A stretch of 64,000 nt of DNA from assembly GCA_963804245.1 (NCBI GenBank), contig CAWDPQ010000019.1:70949-134948 (forward strand), read 5' to 3'. Positions 9,737 through 20,671 of this stretch are shown here, one piece after another; position 1 is the stretch's first letter; the number at the start of each line of letters is the position of its first letter. The notes under the pieces are model-generated. The model was not told the origin of the DNA, did no database searches, and saw only the letters and a program-made list of their open reading frames with translations. This stretch comes from an uncultured Acidobacteriota bacterium. Its GTDB lineage: Bacteria > Acidobacteriota > Vicinamibacteria > Vicinamibacterales > 2-12-FULL-66-21. A program made the position numbers and the translations under genes.

Positions 9737-11164
9737 ATGACCGATTCGTCCGTGCACCGGGCTACACAATCGGCGACGCAGAGCGGCCCCGTCGTCCGCG
9801 ATCTGCCCGATCCTCCCACCAATCTCTGGCGCATCGTCGGTCCCGGCGTCGTCGCGGCGGGCGTCGGTCTTTCATCCGGCGAGTTCATCCTGTGGCCGTA
9901 CATCGCTTCACAAGTCGGTCTGGTCTTTCTCTGGGGTGCGATCCTCGGCGTGACGACGCAGTTCTTCTTGAACATGGAGATCGAGCGGTACACCCTCGCC
10001 ACGGCGCAGACCGCGGTGGCCGGCTTCAACCGGTTCTGGAAGCACTGGGGCCTGGTGTTCGCGATCCTGGTCTACTTCGCCAACTTGTGGCCGGGCTGGG
10101 TGATGAGCTCGGCAACGCTCGCGACGTATGTGTTCGGTGGAAACCCGCGCCTGATTGCCGTGTGCGCGCTGGTGGTGATCGGAACCGCGTTGACGCTGGC
10201 GCCGGTGGTCTATGTCGCGCTCGAGCGCCTGATATTCGTCAAGATTGGGGCGGTCGTAGCGCTGGTCACCCTCGCGATTGTGCTGGTGATCAACGCGGAG
10301 AGCTGGCGAGCGCTGCCGGCGGGCTTGACGAAGGACGCGAGATTCCCCGTCGAGCTGGGGTTCGCGCTGCTCGTGGGAGCGATGGCGTTTGCGGGCGCCG
10401 GCGGTGGACAGAATCTCTGCCAGAGCAATTGGATCCGCGACAAGGGATTCGGGATGGGACACTACGTGCCACGGCTGGTGAGCCCGGTCACGGGCATCGA
10501 GGAGGCGGCGCCGAGCGTGACCAGCTACACGTTCGAACCGAACCCTTCGAACATGGCGCGGTGGCAGCGCTGGTGGCGCTTCGCCAACATCGAACAGGCA
10601 GCCACGTTCATCCTGATGACCGTGATCACGATCTGCCTCACATCGATGCTGGCGCACTCGACGCTCTTCGGTGAGGCCGGTCTGCCGAACAACGTCAGCT
10701 TCCTGCTGATCGAAGGGCGGCGCCTGCAGTCGATTGCCGGCGGCTGGTTTGGCGTGCTGTTCTGGAGCATTGGCGCGTTTTCGCTGTTCGCCTCGTCGAT
10801 GGGAATCATCGACTACACCAGCCGGCTGGCGGCCGACGTGCTGAAGGCGACGTATCTCCAGCGATCGGCGCTGTCGGAGAGCCGCATCTATTTCCGGCTG
10901 GTCTGGGGCATGGTGATCGTCGGCGCCGCCATCCTCATGATTGGATTCGATCAGCCGCTGGTGTTGCTGGTGATCTCGGCGTGCACCGGGGCCGTGATCA
11001 TGTTTCTCTATTCGTGGTTGCTCATCCTCCTGAATCGCCGCGCGCTGCCGTCGGCGATCGCCATCCGGCCGTTCAGGCTTGCGACGCTCGTCTGGTCCAC
11101 TTTATTCTTTGGCGTCCTTTCGGTGTTGACGATCTGGCAGCAGTTTCAGAGATTGCTCGGGTGA
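9737..11164 (+). CDS. NRAMP-family divalent metal transporter-like membrane protein
   Basis: ORF 9692-11164. It has 11-12 hydrophobic segments and a GPGVVAAGVGLSSGEFILWP N-terminal motif typical of Nramp-related transporters. ATG 9737 (MTDSSVHR...) is preferred over the upstream GTG. Confidence 0.7.
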   Translation: MTDSSVHRATQSATQSGPVVRDLPDPPTNLWRIVGPGVVAAGVGLSSGEFILWPYIASQVGLVFLWGAILGVTTQFFLNMEIERYTLATAQTAVAGFNRFWKHWGLVFAILVYFANLWPGWVMSSATLATYVFGGNPRLIAVCALVVIGTALTLAPVVYVALERLIFVKIGAVVALVTLAIVLVINAESWRALPAGLTKDARFPVELGFALLVGAMAFAGAGGGQNLCQSNWIRDKGFGMGHYVPRLVSPVTGIEEAAPSVTSYTFEPNPSNMARWQRWWRFANIEQAATFILMTVITICLTSMLAHSTLFGEAGLPNNVSFLLIEGRRLQSIAGGWFGVLFWSIGAFSLFASSMGIIDYTSRLAADVLKATYLQRSALSESRIYFRLVWGMVIVGAAILMIGFDQPLVLLVISACTGAVIMFLYSWLLILLNRRALPSAIAIRPFRLATLVWSTLFFGVLSVLTIWQQFQRLLG

Positions 11165-11170
11165 TGAGAC

Positions 11171-12193
11171 ATGTCCAAACTCTTGTTCGTCGGCCTGGTG
11201 GCCTTTGCCGTTGTGACAGGCGGACGTCAGACTCAGCCGCCGCCCTCTAACGATATGCGCATTGAACGACTCGACCCCGCTCTCGATCGTCTGATCGCTC
11301 CGGACGCGAAGATCGAAGTCCTCGCCCAGGGACACGACTGGACCGAGGGTCCGCTGTGGATCAAGCAGGGCCGCTATCTGCTCTTCTCGGACATCCCGAA
11401 GAATTCCATCTATCGCTGGAAGGAAGGGGAGGGTGAGCGGCTCTATTTGCAGCCATCCGGTTACACCGGCAAAGAGCCGCGCGGTGGTGAAACCGGATCG
11501 AACGGCCTCCTCGTCGATTCGGAAGGACGGCTGGTGCTCTGTCAGCACGGTGATCGCCGCATGGCGCGCATGGATGCACCTCTCTCCGATCCCAAGCCGA
11601 ATTTCACGCCACTTGCCGTTCGCCATCAGGGCAAACGATTCAATAGTCCCAACGACGCCGTGTTTCGCAGCAACGGCGATCTGTACTTCACCGATCCCGC
11701 ATACGGTCTGGAGAAGCAGTGGGAGGATCCGCTCCGCGAGATTCCGTTCGCCGGGGTCTACCGTCGTGCCGCGGCCGGAGAGATCAGCCTGCTCACGAGC
11801 GACATGACCCGGCCGAACGGTCTGGCGTTTTCCCCGGACGAGAAGCGTCTCTACGTCGCGCAATCGGATGAAAAGGCGGCGATCTGGCGCGTTTTCGACG
11901 TGAAGCCGGATGGCACGATCGACAACGGACGCGTCCTGTTCGATGCGACGAGCATGGTCGGCGCACGCAAGGGCCTGCCCGACGGACTGAAGATCGACAC
12001 CGAGGGCAACCTGTGGGCCACGGGTCCGGGCGGCGTGATGGTGTTGTCGCCGGAAGGAAAGCACCTGGGAACGATCATGACCGGCCAGGCGACGTCGAAC
12101 TGTGCGTTCGGCGACGATGGCCGCACCCTTTACATGACCGCCGACGACTACATCATGCGCGTCAAGGTGAAGGCCAAGGGAATGGGGTTCTGA
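11171..12193 (+). CDS. SMP-30/gluconolactonase/LRE-family lactonase, secreted
   Basis: ORF 11171-12193. Segments EGPLWIKQGRYLLFSDIP, NSPNDAVFRSNGDLYFTDP, PNGLAFSPDEKRLYV and N-terminal signal MSKLLFVGLVAFAVV. Confidence 0.85.
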   Translation: MSKLLFVGLVAFAVVTGGRQTQPPPSNDMRIERLDPALDRLIAPDAKIEVLAQGHDWTEGPLWIKQGRYLLFSDIPKNSIYRWKEGEGERLYLQPSGYTGKEPRGGETGSNGLLVDSEGRLVLCQHGDRRMARMDAPLSDPKPNFTPLAVRHQGKRFNSPNDAVFRSNGDLYFTDPAYGLEKQWEDPLREIPFAGVYRRAAAGEISLLTSDMTRPNGLAFSPDEKRLYVAQSDEKAAIWRVFDVKPDGTIDNGRVLFDATSMVGARKGLPDGLKIDTEGNLWATGPGGVMVLSPEGKHLGTIMTGQATSNCAFGDDGRTLYMTADDYIMRVKVKAKGMGF

Positions 12194-12225
12194 GGATTCA
12201 CATTCGAGATCGGAGAGGGACACAC

Positions 12226-12288
12226 GAGATCCGGAGGTCAGGAGTTAGTTTGGTTTTTCAAAAAAACTTCTCCTGATCTCCTGGTCTC
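12226..12288. terminator. Long imperfect hairpin (19-bp stem, 16/19 paired) with an AT-rich loop, built from CAGGAG / CTCCTG repeats
   Basis: GAGATCCGGAGGTCAGGAG (12226-12244) pairs with CTCCTGATCTCCTGGTCTC (12270-12288). The loop is ttagtttggtttttcaaaaaaactt. It sits between the lactonase stop and the SDR start. Confidence 0.55.
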
Positions 12289-12314
12289 CTGTTGAGAATC
12301 CTCCGGGTCTCCAG

Positions 12315-13124
12315 ATGGAGATTCTCACGGGCTTCGAGCTTTTCGATCTCACCGGCCGGGTCGCGATCGTCACCGGTGCCAGCCGCGGCCTGGGGCAGGC
12401 GTTTGCCCGCGCGCTCGCGCATGCGGGAGCCGATCTGGTCATCACCAGCCGCGACGTCGAGCGACTCCGTCCGTTCAAGCGCGAGATCGAAATCACGGGA
12501 CGACGAGCGGTGGCGATCCGTCTCGACGTCCGCGACGAGGACAGCATCCGTCTCATGGCCGACGCCGCGCACGATGCCTACGGGCGCATCGACGTGCTCG
12601 TCAACAACGCCGGGTGCAACGTTCGCAAGCGCGCGGTCGAGATCAGCTGGGACGAGTGGAACCTCGTGCTCGACACCAACCTGCGCGGCGCATTCTTCGT
12701 CGCCCAGGCCGTAGCCCGCTACATGCTGCCGCGCGGCAAAGGACGGATCATCAACATCGGATCGGTGACCTCGGTCTTTGGCTACGCCGGCCTCGGCCCG
12801 TACGGCGCCAGCCGTGGCGGCATCCGGCAACTGACGATGAGCCTGGCCGACGATTGGGGACCGCACGGGATTACCGTCAACTGCCTGGCGCCCGGCTGGT
12901 TCCAGACCGAACAGAACAAGGTGTTGTACGAGGATACGGAGTGGGTCGACTACCTCGTCGATCGCATTCCGTTGAAGCGTCCAGGACGTCCTCAGGATCT
13001 CGAAGGGGCCGTGGTCTTCCTGGCGTCCGACGCCAGTGCGTACATCACCGGGCAGACCTTGCTCGTCGATGGCGGGATCTCGACGGGCTCGACGCGCGCC
13101 CTGCCGAAATCCACAGGAGGCTAG
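12315..13124 (+). CDS. SDR-family oxidoreductase (gluconate 5-dehydrogenase-like)
   Basis: ORF 12315-13124. It has the TGASRGLG cofactor motif, NNAG, and the S...YxxxK catalytic arrangement (YGASRGG). Confidence 0.85.
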   Translation: MEILTGFELFDLTGRVAIVTGASRGLGQAFARALAHAGADLVITSRDVERLRPFKREIEITGRRAVAIRLDVRDEDSIRLMADAAHDAYGRIDVLVNNAGCNVRKRAVEISWDEWNLVLDTNLRGAFFVAQAVARYMLPRGKGRIINIGSVTSVFGYAGLGPYGASRGGIRQLTMSLADDWGPHGITVNCLAPGWFQTEQNKVLYEDTEWVDYLVDRIPLKRPGRPQDLEGAVVFLASDASAYITGQTLLVDGGISTGSTRALPKSTGG

Positions 13125-14718
13125 GGAGATCAGGAGCCACAGATTTCTCCTGATTGGCTTTCGTTCCACGGCGCCGCTCATTTTCATCGCGCTCTGGACG
13201 GCGGCCGTCGTTGCTGGCATTGTCGCGGTCCGCGGTCTGACGTGGCCGTACGATGTCGATGGTCTTCGCGACATTGCCATCGCTCAGGCGATTCGCGACG
13301 GCCGCTCGCCGCTTGCCGATCCTCTCTATCAAGGCCACGCCGCCTGGTACAGCCCGCTGGTTCCCGCCATCGTTGCTCTCGTCGCCGCGGTGACCGGAGC
13401 GAGCGTACCGGTCACCTACGTACAGGCTGGCGCGTGGCTCAATGCGCTCGCACCGATCGCATTCTTTTTCTGCGCACGCGTGCTCGTCGGCGTCTGGCCG
13501 GCGCTCGCCGCCACGTGCGCCTTTCTCTTCCTTCCCGGCCGTCCTCCGGCATGGGCCAGCGCTACCTATTCGCCGTGGCTCTTTCCAGCTCTCTTTGCGC
13601 AGGCGTTGCTCTATGCCGGCCTGGCATTCTGGACGACCACACTGGATCGGGCGAAGCCGTATCGTCTCGTGCTGTCGGGCCTGATCCTCGCTCTGACCTT
13701 TCTCGCGCATAGCGGCGCGGCGGCGCTCCTTGGCGGGATCATGATGATCACGGCGTGGAGCGCAGGAGGATTCGGGCCCACACCGGTGCGCCGGCTCACT
13801 GCGCTCGTGGTTCCGCCGCTCGTCGCCATCGCTGTGTCCTTACCGTTTCTCCTGCCACTCGCACTCCAGTACGGTTTGCGCGTCGTGAATCGTGTGCCCG
13901 GTACCTGGATTCACGAGGCGACGCAGCCCGAGGCGATCGTGGCCGGACTCTCGAGGCCCGGCGCGTGGCTGCATCTGGCTCTCGTCGCACTTGGGCTCTG
14001 GTGGATCGCGAACCGGGTGCGCGCGACGCCGAAGATCGTCCTGACCGCATGGCCAGTCGTCGCGGCATTCCTATACGGTTACAGCGTCCTGGCCCAGCGT
14101 TTCGAATGGCCGGCGATCGTTCCCGCGTATCACTTCTATTTCATGCTGAGGGGATGGAAGTGGGTCGTGTTCGGGTGCGGCCTCATCGCCGTCGTGGATG
14201 TCGTCGTCCGGCGGTGGAATGCACGCGGCCGCCATCCCATTCCTGCCGAAGCCGCGTATGCGGGCATCGTGATTCTGCTCGCCGTCGCGGTATACCCGCG
14301 TTACCTGGGACGCGAGGCTTTCAAGAATGCGCGGACCCTGTCACAGCAATTGGCGGCCGACGAGGAGCGCAGCTTGCACGGCTGGATGCGAGAGCATACG
14401 GATCCGACGAGTGTCTTTCTCGCGTCGGACAACGATGCGCTCACACTCGTCGGGCCCGCCGGACGTTCGGTCGTGTGCGTGGCTTCGAGCTTTTCGAACC
14501 CTTACGTGGACCACATGGTGCGGGCAACGGCCCGAGACCGGATGTTCCACGCACTGGTGGATGGAGACGGCGAGGCATTCGACGCGATTGCGACGCGAGT
14601 TCGGCGTCACCCACGTTCTGGCGCGCGATCGGCAGGTCGGACAGCTTGCGTCTGCATCCGGAGCTCGTCACGAGAGGCTTTCTCGGCGGGTTCCGTTACC
14701 GTGTTCGAGGTGCGATAA
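13069..14718 (+). CDS. Polytopic membrane protein, possibly a GT-C (ArnT/PMT-like) glycosyltransferase; the last ~40 codons may be frame-scrambled
   Basis: ORF 13036-14718 has at least 10 hydrophobic helices followed by a soluble tail. ATG 13069 gives a basic N-terminus before TM1. Near 14590-14680 a second frame reads a more family-like ..EFGVTHVLARDRQVGQL.., suggesting indels. Function is a low-confidence guess. Confidence 0.5.
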   Translation: MAGSRRARRAPCRNPQEAREIRSHRFLLIGFRSTAPLIFIALWTAAVVAGIVAVRGLTWPYDVDGLRDIAIAQAIRDGRSPLADPLYQGHAAWYSPLVPAIVALVAAVTGASVPVTYVQAGAWLNALAPIAFFFCARVLVGVWPALAATCAFLFLPGRPPAWASATYSPWLFPALFAQALLYAGLAFWTTTLDRAKPYRLVLSGLILALTFLAHSGAAALLGGIMMITAWSAGGFGPTPVRRLTALVVPPLVAIAVSLPFLLPLALQYGLRVVNRVPGTWIHEATQPEAIVAGLSRPGAWLHLALVALGLWWIANRVRATPKIVLTAWPVVAAFLYGYSVLAQRFEWPAIVPAYHFYFMLRGWKWVVFGCGLIAVVDVVVRRWNARGRHPIPAEAAYAGIVILLAVAVYPRYLGREAFKNARTLSQQLAADEERSLHGWMREHTDPTSVFLASDNDALTLVGPAGRSVVCVASSFSNPYVDHMVRATARDRMFHALVDGDGEAFDAIATRVRRHPRSGARSAGRTACVCIRSSSREAFSAGSVTVFEVR

Positions 14719-14734
14719 GGCGGTCCGTCAGCGC

Positions 14735-17116
14735 CTATCGCGGTAGTCCGATGCGGCGCAGGAGCGCGTCGAAACGAGGGTCGGATCGGAAGCCTGTCCC
14801 ACGTCGGTTCGACCTTGAGATAGGCGAGACGATTCGAGCGCTCCTCGTACGCCTTGTCGAGCCAGGCGAACGCCTGGTCCTTGTCGCCCAACCCTGTATA
14901 CACAATGGCGAACGACTGCGCGGGGACATAGCGCTGCTTCGAAGAGGCCGCGAGCTGTTCCAGGATCTGCAAGGCCTCCTGCCGCTGTCCCAGATTCGCG
15001 AGCACGGCTCCAAGAAGCGCACGGGAAATCATGTTGCCCGGACTCAATGCGGCGGCCTTTTGCGTCAGCGGCAGGGCCTCGCGGAACATGCCTTTGCTCG
15101 CCAGGGACGCGGCCATGACGTCGTATGCCAACGCAAAGCTCGGATCGAGGTCGAGGGTTCGCCGGCACTCCTCGATCGCCGCGTCGAACTGTCGCGAAAG
15201 CGCCAATTGCACCGCGAGGTTGTGGCTCATTGACGCGGAGACGGGGTTGCGCTCCAGCGCCCGGCGCGCAACCTCGATGGCTTCAGCGGAACGTCCGCCG
15301 ACCGTCAGGTAAAAGGGATAGTAGGTGTGGTTCTCGACGGTCAGCCGATTCAACGCGAGCGCGCGGTCGAAATGCTTCGTGGCCGCTGGCCAGTCCCAGT
15401 CGTACGTGAAGCTCGCGTAAGCGAGTGAGACATGGGCGTCCGCGAGATCGGGATCGATCTCCAGCGCCCGCTGTGCTGAGGCCTTCGCCTTGGGCATCGC
15501 ATCGACCGGCCGCATGACGTTCAAGAAGGACGCCTGGCTGTAGACGTCCGCCAGCCCGGCGTAGGCGAGGGCATAGCTCGGGATCCTTGTCGATCGCCTG
15601 CTGCAATTGCTCTTTCGCCTTGAGGATGTCGTCGGGGTTGCGCTTGTACCAGTAGTAGCGGCCTTTCAGGTACAACTGATACGCTTCGGGGTCTTCCGTG
15701 TAGCGCTTCGTCAGTTTCTGCTTTTCTTCAGTGGTCAGGCGCAGCCGCAACCTCTCAGAGATTTCGTTCGACAGATCGTCCTGCAGCGCGATCACATCGG
15801 TCAGCTTTCGGCTGTACTCCTGACCCCAGAGCTGCGAGCCGTTGGCCACGTCCATGAGCTCGGTACGCACGACCAGCGTGTCGCCTCTCTGCAGCAACCG
15901 GCCCGAGAGGACGGCGCGGACGCGCAAGTCCTGCCCGACCCGCTGTGGGTCGGGGGCGCTCCCCTTGTAGCGAAATACGGCACTGCGCGCGCTCACGCGC
16001 AGACTCGGGAGCTGAGAGAGGTTGTTGATCAGACTTTCCGTGATGCCGTCGCTGAGATACTCGGTGTTGGGGTCTCCGCTCTCGTTCTCGAAAGGCAGCA
16101 CGGCGATCGATTCGATCGCAGAGCCGCGCGCGCGAAAGAGGCCGGACCACGCCGCCGCAGCGATCACGGCTATCACTACGGCGATGGCGGCTATCCCCAG
16201 TCGGCCGGGTCTCCAGCGACCGTCGCCGGTAGTCCGAACCGTCGTCGCCGCGCCCCTGAGATTCCCAGAATCGATGTCGCGCTTGACGCGCTGCAGGTCG
16301 GCGCGGAGGTCGGCAGCGCTCTGATACCGCAGCCCCCGATCCTTTTCGAGCGCTTTGTTGATGATCTCTTCGAAGCGCGGGTGGATATCGGGATTGACGC
16401 GCCCCAATGCGACCGGTGTGCGGTTGAGGATGGCTTCCTGGAGCGTGCCCGAGGTGTTGCCCGCAAACGCGTGCCGACCCGTGGCCATTTCGTAGAGCAC
16501 CGCGCCGAGAGAGAACAGATCGGTGCGGCTGTCCAGTGGCTCGCCGCGCACTTGCTCCGGCGACATGTAGGCTATCGTGCCCAGCACCTCGCCGGCGCTG
16601 GTCAGATGTTCCAGTGTCGTTTCGCCCGCGGCGGCGGGTTCGGCCGAGCGAAGCCTTTGCCAGGCCGAAGTCGAGGAGCTTTGCCTGACCGCGGTCGGTG
16701 ATGAAGATGTTTCCTGGCTTGATGTCGCGGTGGACGATACCTTTGGCGTGCGCGGTTTCGAGCGCGTCGGCAATCTGCAGCGCCAGATCGACGAGGCGAT
16801 CGTTCGCCAGCGATTTGCCGCCGATCGTCTGGTCGAGCGGTGCACCTTCCAACAACTCCATGACGATGAAGTGCTGGCCGGCATGTTCGCCGATGTCGTA
16901 GACCGCGCAGATGTGCGGGTGATTCAGTCCTGAAGCGGCGCGTGCTTCACGCTGGAACCTCTCGACGGCATTCCGGTCGCGCGACAGTTCATCGGACAGG
17001 AACTTGATGGCCACCGATCGCCGCAAGCGGGTGTCTTCCGCTTTGTAGACCACTCCCATGCCACCGCGGCCGAGTTTTTCCGTGATTCTGTAGTGGGAGA
17101 CGGTCTGGCCAATCAT
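14735..17116 (-). pseudogene. Ser/Thr kinase - TM - periplasmic domain - TPR fusion; frame broken three times
   Basis: Kinase domain in ORF 15755-17116 ([32 protein letters not shown]). Activation segment, TM and middle domain in ORF 15283-16884 ([10 protein letters not shown]; [13 protein letters not shown]). TPRs in ORF 14607-15524. Conserved tail LRSDPRFDALLRRIGLPR in ORF 14735-15022. One-nt corrections are needed near 16654, 15575-15582 and 14788. Confidence 0.8.
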
Positions 17117-17258
17117 CTCAGGCTTGAGGGTCTGGGTCGCAAGTCAGTGTACCGCAGGTGCGTGATGAACCTCCCCTGACGGTCACCGGCGTGGGCGCAG
17201 GCGGGTGAGCAGCGGGCCCCGAACACCGCGTATAATCCCGGCGATCCGGAGGATAGCT

Positions 17259-20200
17259 ATGCGCCTGATTCGGGGCCTGTTGTGTGTCGTGCTCGTCGTG
17301 CTCCCTTCGACCCTGTTCGGTCAGTCCTACACCGGAACGATCATCGGCACGCTCAAGGACACGAGCGGCGCCGTGATACCGGCCGCCAACGTCACCATCA
17401 CCAATCAGCAGACCGCTCGAACGGAGTCCACGACGACGGACATCGAAGGGCGATACATCTCGGTGCCATTGGCGCCGGGTGTGTATCGTGTGGAAGCGAG
17501 TCTGCAGGGTTTCCGCGGCGCGGCGCGTCCGGACGTTACCGTGCAGGTCAACTCCACGGTCGTCATCGACTTCACGCTGGAGGTCGGTCAGCTCACCGAT
17601 CAAGTTGAAGTCCGGGCCGACGCCACGCTGCTCGAGACGGACTCGGGCACGGTCGGCAAGGTCGTCGACAACCGGCGCATCCTCGAGCTGCCGCTGAATA
17701 CGCGCAACGTCTACTCCCTGATCTTCCTGACGCCAGGCGTCGCCGGCACGATCGGCAACAACTACAACTCGATGAGCTATTCGGTGAACGGTGCGCGGCC
17801 GACGATGATGGATACGGTCATCGACGGGGTGACCGCATCGTTCCCGACGGTGAATGGTTTCACCGGCATCTCGGTGTTTCCGTCGGTCGACGCCATCCAG
17901 GAATTCAAGGTCCTCGGTGCGAACTATCCGGCCGAATACGGGCGCAGTCTCGGCAGCGTGCTGAACGTCGTCTACAAGTCCGGCACCAACGAGTTCCATG
18001 GCAGCGGATACGAGTTCTTCCGCGACTCGGCCTTCGACGCCAACAACTTCTTCGCCAAGCAGGCGGGAACTCCGCTCGGCGATTTCCGCCGCAGCCAGTT
18101 CGGCGGCGTCGCCGGCGGGCCCATCCGTCGCAGCCGGACGTTCTACATGGGTTCCTATGAGGGACTGCGCGAGCAGCGCCAGGCGCAGCAGACGACCACC
18201 GTGCCGACGTTGGCGCAGCGGCGCGGGGACTTTTCGCAGACGTTCGCGCAGACCGGACAGCTGATTCGCATCTTCGATCCGTTCACGACGCGGGCGAATC
18301 CGGCGGGCGGCTTCATTCGCGACGCATTCGACGGCAACGTCATTCCCGCCAATCGAATCGATCCAGTGGCGCTGCAGGTGCTGAGCTATTTCCCGTTGCC
18401 GAATCAACCCGGCAATCCTGTGACCGGTGCGCAGAACTACTTTTCGACCGGAACGCAGGAGCTCAACGTCGACAACGTCGACGGGCGCATCGATCACCAG
18501 ATATCCGACAATCAGAAAATCTTCGGCCGCTATTCGTATCGAAAAACGTTCAGCGCCCCGGCCATCTTCTTTCCGGAGGACATCGCCGTCGCCGAGGGAC
18601 GGGTCAACGAGCAGAACCTCGCGCACAATTTCGTCACCGACTACAGCCGGACGATCTCGAACACGACGGTGATGAGCGCGCGTATCGGCTTCGCGCGTAC
18701 GTTGTTCCTCTTCGACAACCAGGGACTGGGCTTCCGGCCGTCGAGCCTCGGGCTGCCGGCCTCGATCGACGACAACGTGGATCGCCTGATGTTCCCGCGC
18801 TTCGGTGTCGGCGGACAGGTGACGCTCGGCGGCAACGATCACCGCTACAACGCCTTCATGAGCTACACGGCTGCCGCCAGCCTCACCAAGGTCCGCGGCG
18901 ATCACACGATGAAGGGGGGGTTCGAGGGCCGCATGCTCCGCGTCAACGTGTGGGAGGCGCGCAGTGCCGGGACGTTCAACTTCCGCACCGCCGAGACGCA
19001 GGGGCCGAATCCCACCACCTCCAGCAGCACGGCCGGCTACGCATTCGCGTCATTCCTCCTCGGCACGGGCCAACCCAGCGACGTCCTGATTCAGAACTGG
19101 AAGAACGTTGCTGCCAACAGCTTCTATTGGGCGGGATACGTGCAGGACGACTGGCGCCTGGGCTCGCGTTTGACCCTGAACCTCGGGCTTCGCTACGACA
19201 TCGACGTCCCGCGGACGGAGCGCTACAACCGGATGAACTTCTTCGATCCCGAGGCCCGTTCGCCGCTCGCGGACGTCGTTCCCGGCTTTTCCAACCTGAA
19301 AGGCGGAGTGGTGTTCGTCGGCGTGAACGGCCGCAACCGCTATCAGTACGACTGGGACACGAACAACATCGCGCCGCGAATCGGAGCGTCGTATCAACTC
19401 AATCAGAAGACCGTGCTGCGCGGCGGCTACAGCCACATCTTCGGACCGTCGAACCAGGGCGCACAGGGCACGGTCGGGCCGTTCGGCTTCCGGACTGAGA
19501 ATCTGTGGGTCACGTCCATTGACGGCATCACCCCGTTCAACACGCTTCGCGATCCGTATCCCAACGGCTTCGTTCCGTCGCCGGGCTCCTCGCAGGGACT
19601 GCTGACGCAGGCCGGTGCGGGCCTGCAGGCGCCGCTGCGCCACACGCCCTCGCCGTGGACGAGGCAGTTCAACGTCAACGTGCAGCGTGAGCTTCCGTGG
19701 GCGATGTTCGTGGAGGTCGCCTACGTCGGCACACGCGGCTACGACCTGTCGATGTCGGCCGAGGGCGGCCTGAGCCTGAACCAGCTCGATCCTCAATACA
19801 TGTCGCTCGGATCGCAGCTCAATCAGCAGGTGCCGAATCCGTTCTTCGGGATCGTCAACAACGGAGTGCTGACGCAGTCGACCGTGAGCCGCGCGCAGTT
19901 GCTTCGCCCGTATCCGCAGTTCACCGAAGTCATCCCGCTCTATGCCGCTGGCGCGAAGTCGCGGTACAACGCTCTGCAGATCACCGGGCCGCAAGCGGCT
20001 CTCGGGCGGCCTGATGTTCGAAGGGTCGTACACCTTTGCCAAGGCCGAGGAAATCGGGATGAACCATCAGGACAGCTACAACATCGAGGCGAGCTGGGCG
20101 CTGGCGTCCTACGACATCAACCACCGCTTCGTCATGAGCTACTTGTACGAGCTTCCGTTCGGACGAAATCGGCGGTTCGCGTCCGGGCGCATCGCCGCGT

Positions 20201-20671
20201 CGTCAATGCGATCATCGGCGGGTGGCAGTTCAACGGCATCACGACGCTGCAGGCGGGAACACCCTCTGTCGATCACCGCGAACAACACGGCCGGGAATTT
20301 TCGCGACCAGGACGCAGCCGAACAACAACGGCAACGATCCCAGGCTGAGCGGGCCTGTCGAGGATCGGCTGAACCGATACTTCGACACCACCGTCTACAG
20401 TCAGCCGGCGGCGTTCACGTTCGGCAACGAGCCGATTTTCTCGCCGATGCTCCGCGCCCACGGCGTGCGCAATTTCGATCTGTCGCTGTTCAAGGCGTTC
20501 CAGTTGCGGCAGACGACAACGCTGCAGTTCCGAATCGAGGCGCTCAACGCATTCAACCGCGTGCAGTTCTCCGCTCCGAATACCTCCGTCACATCGGCTT
20601 CATTCGGGGTGATCACCGGTCAGTTCAACGCCCCGCGTCAGCTGCAGTTCGGGCTGAAACTGTTGTGGTAA
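17259..20671 (+). pseudogene. TonB-dependent receptor with CarboxypepD_reg-like N-domain; the C-terminal 230 codons need four frame corrections
   Basis: ATG 17259 has GGAGGA 5 nt upstream and signal [22 protein letters not shown]. The body is in ORF 17205-20348. Frames change at ~19989, ~20200, 20262-20264 and ~20310, through ORFs 19942- and 20222-20671, ending ..[10 protein letters not shown]. Confidence 0.8.

Noticed and set aside
11102-16701. Antisense or alternative ORFs 11102-12223(-), 12258-13280(-), 13755-15233(+), 15607-16701(+)
   Set aside because: They lie opposite to, or out of frame with, the lactonase, SDR, membrane GT-like and kinase genes. They have no motifs and a biased composition.
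17118-18905. 595-codon ORF on the minus strand (also 19050-20042 and 8144-9448)
   Set aside because: These are mirror-strand ORFs of TonB-receptor genes. The translations are Arg/Ala/Gly/Asp-rich with no recognisable family, which is typical of stop-poor antisense frames in high-GC DNA.
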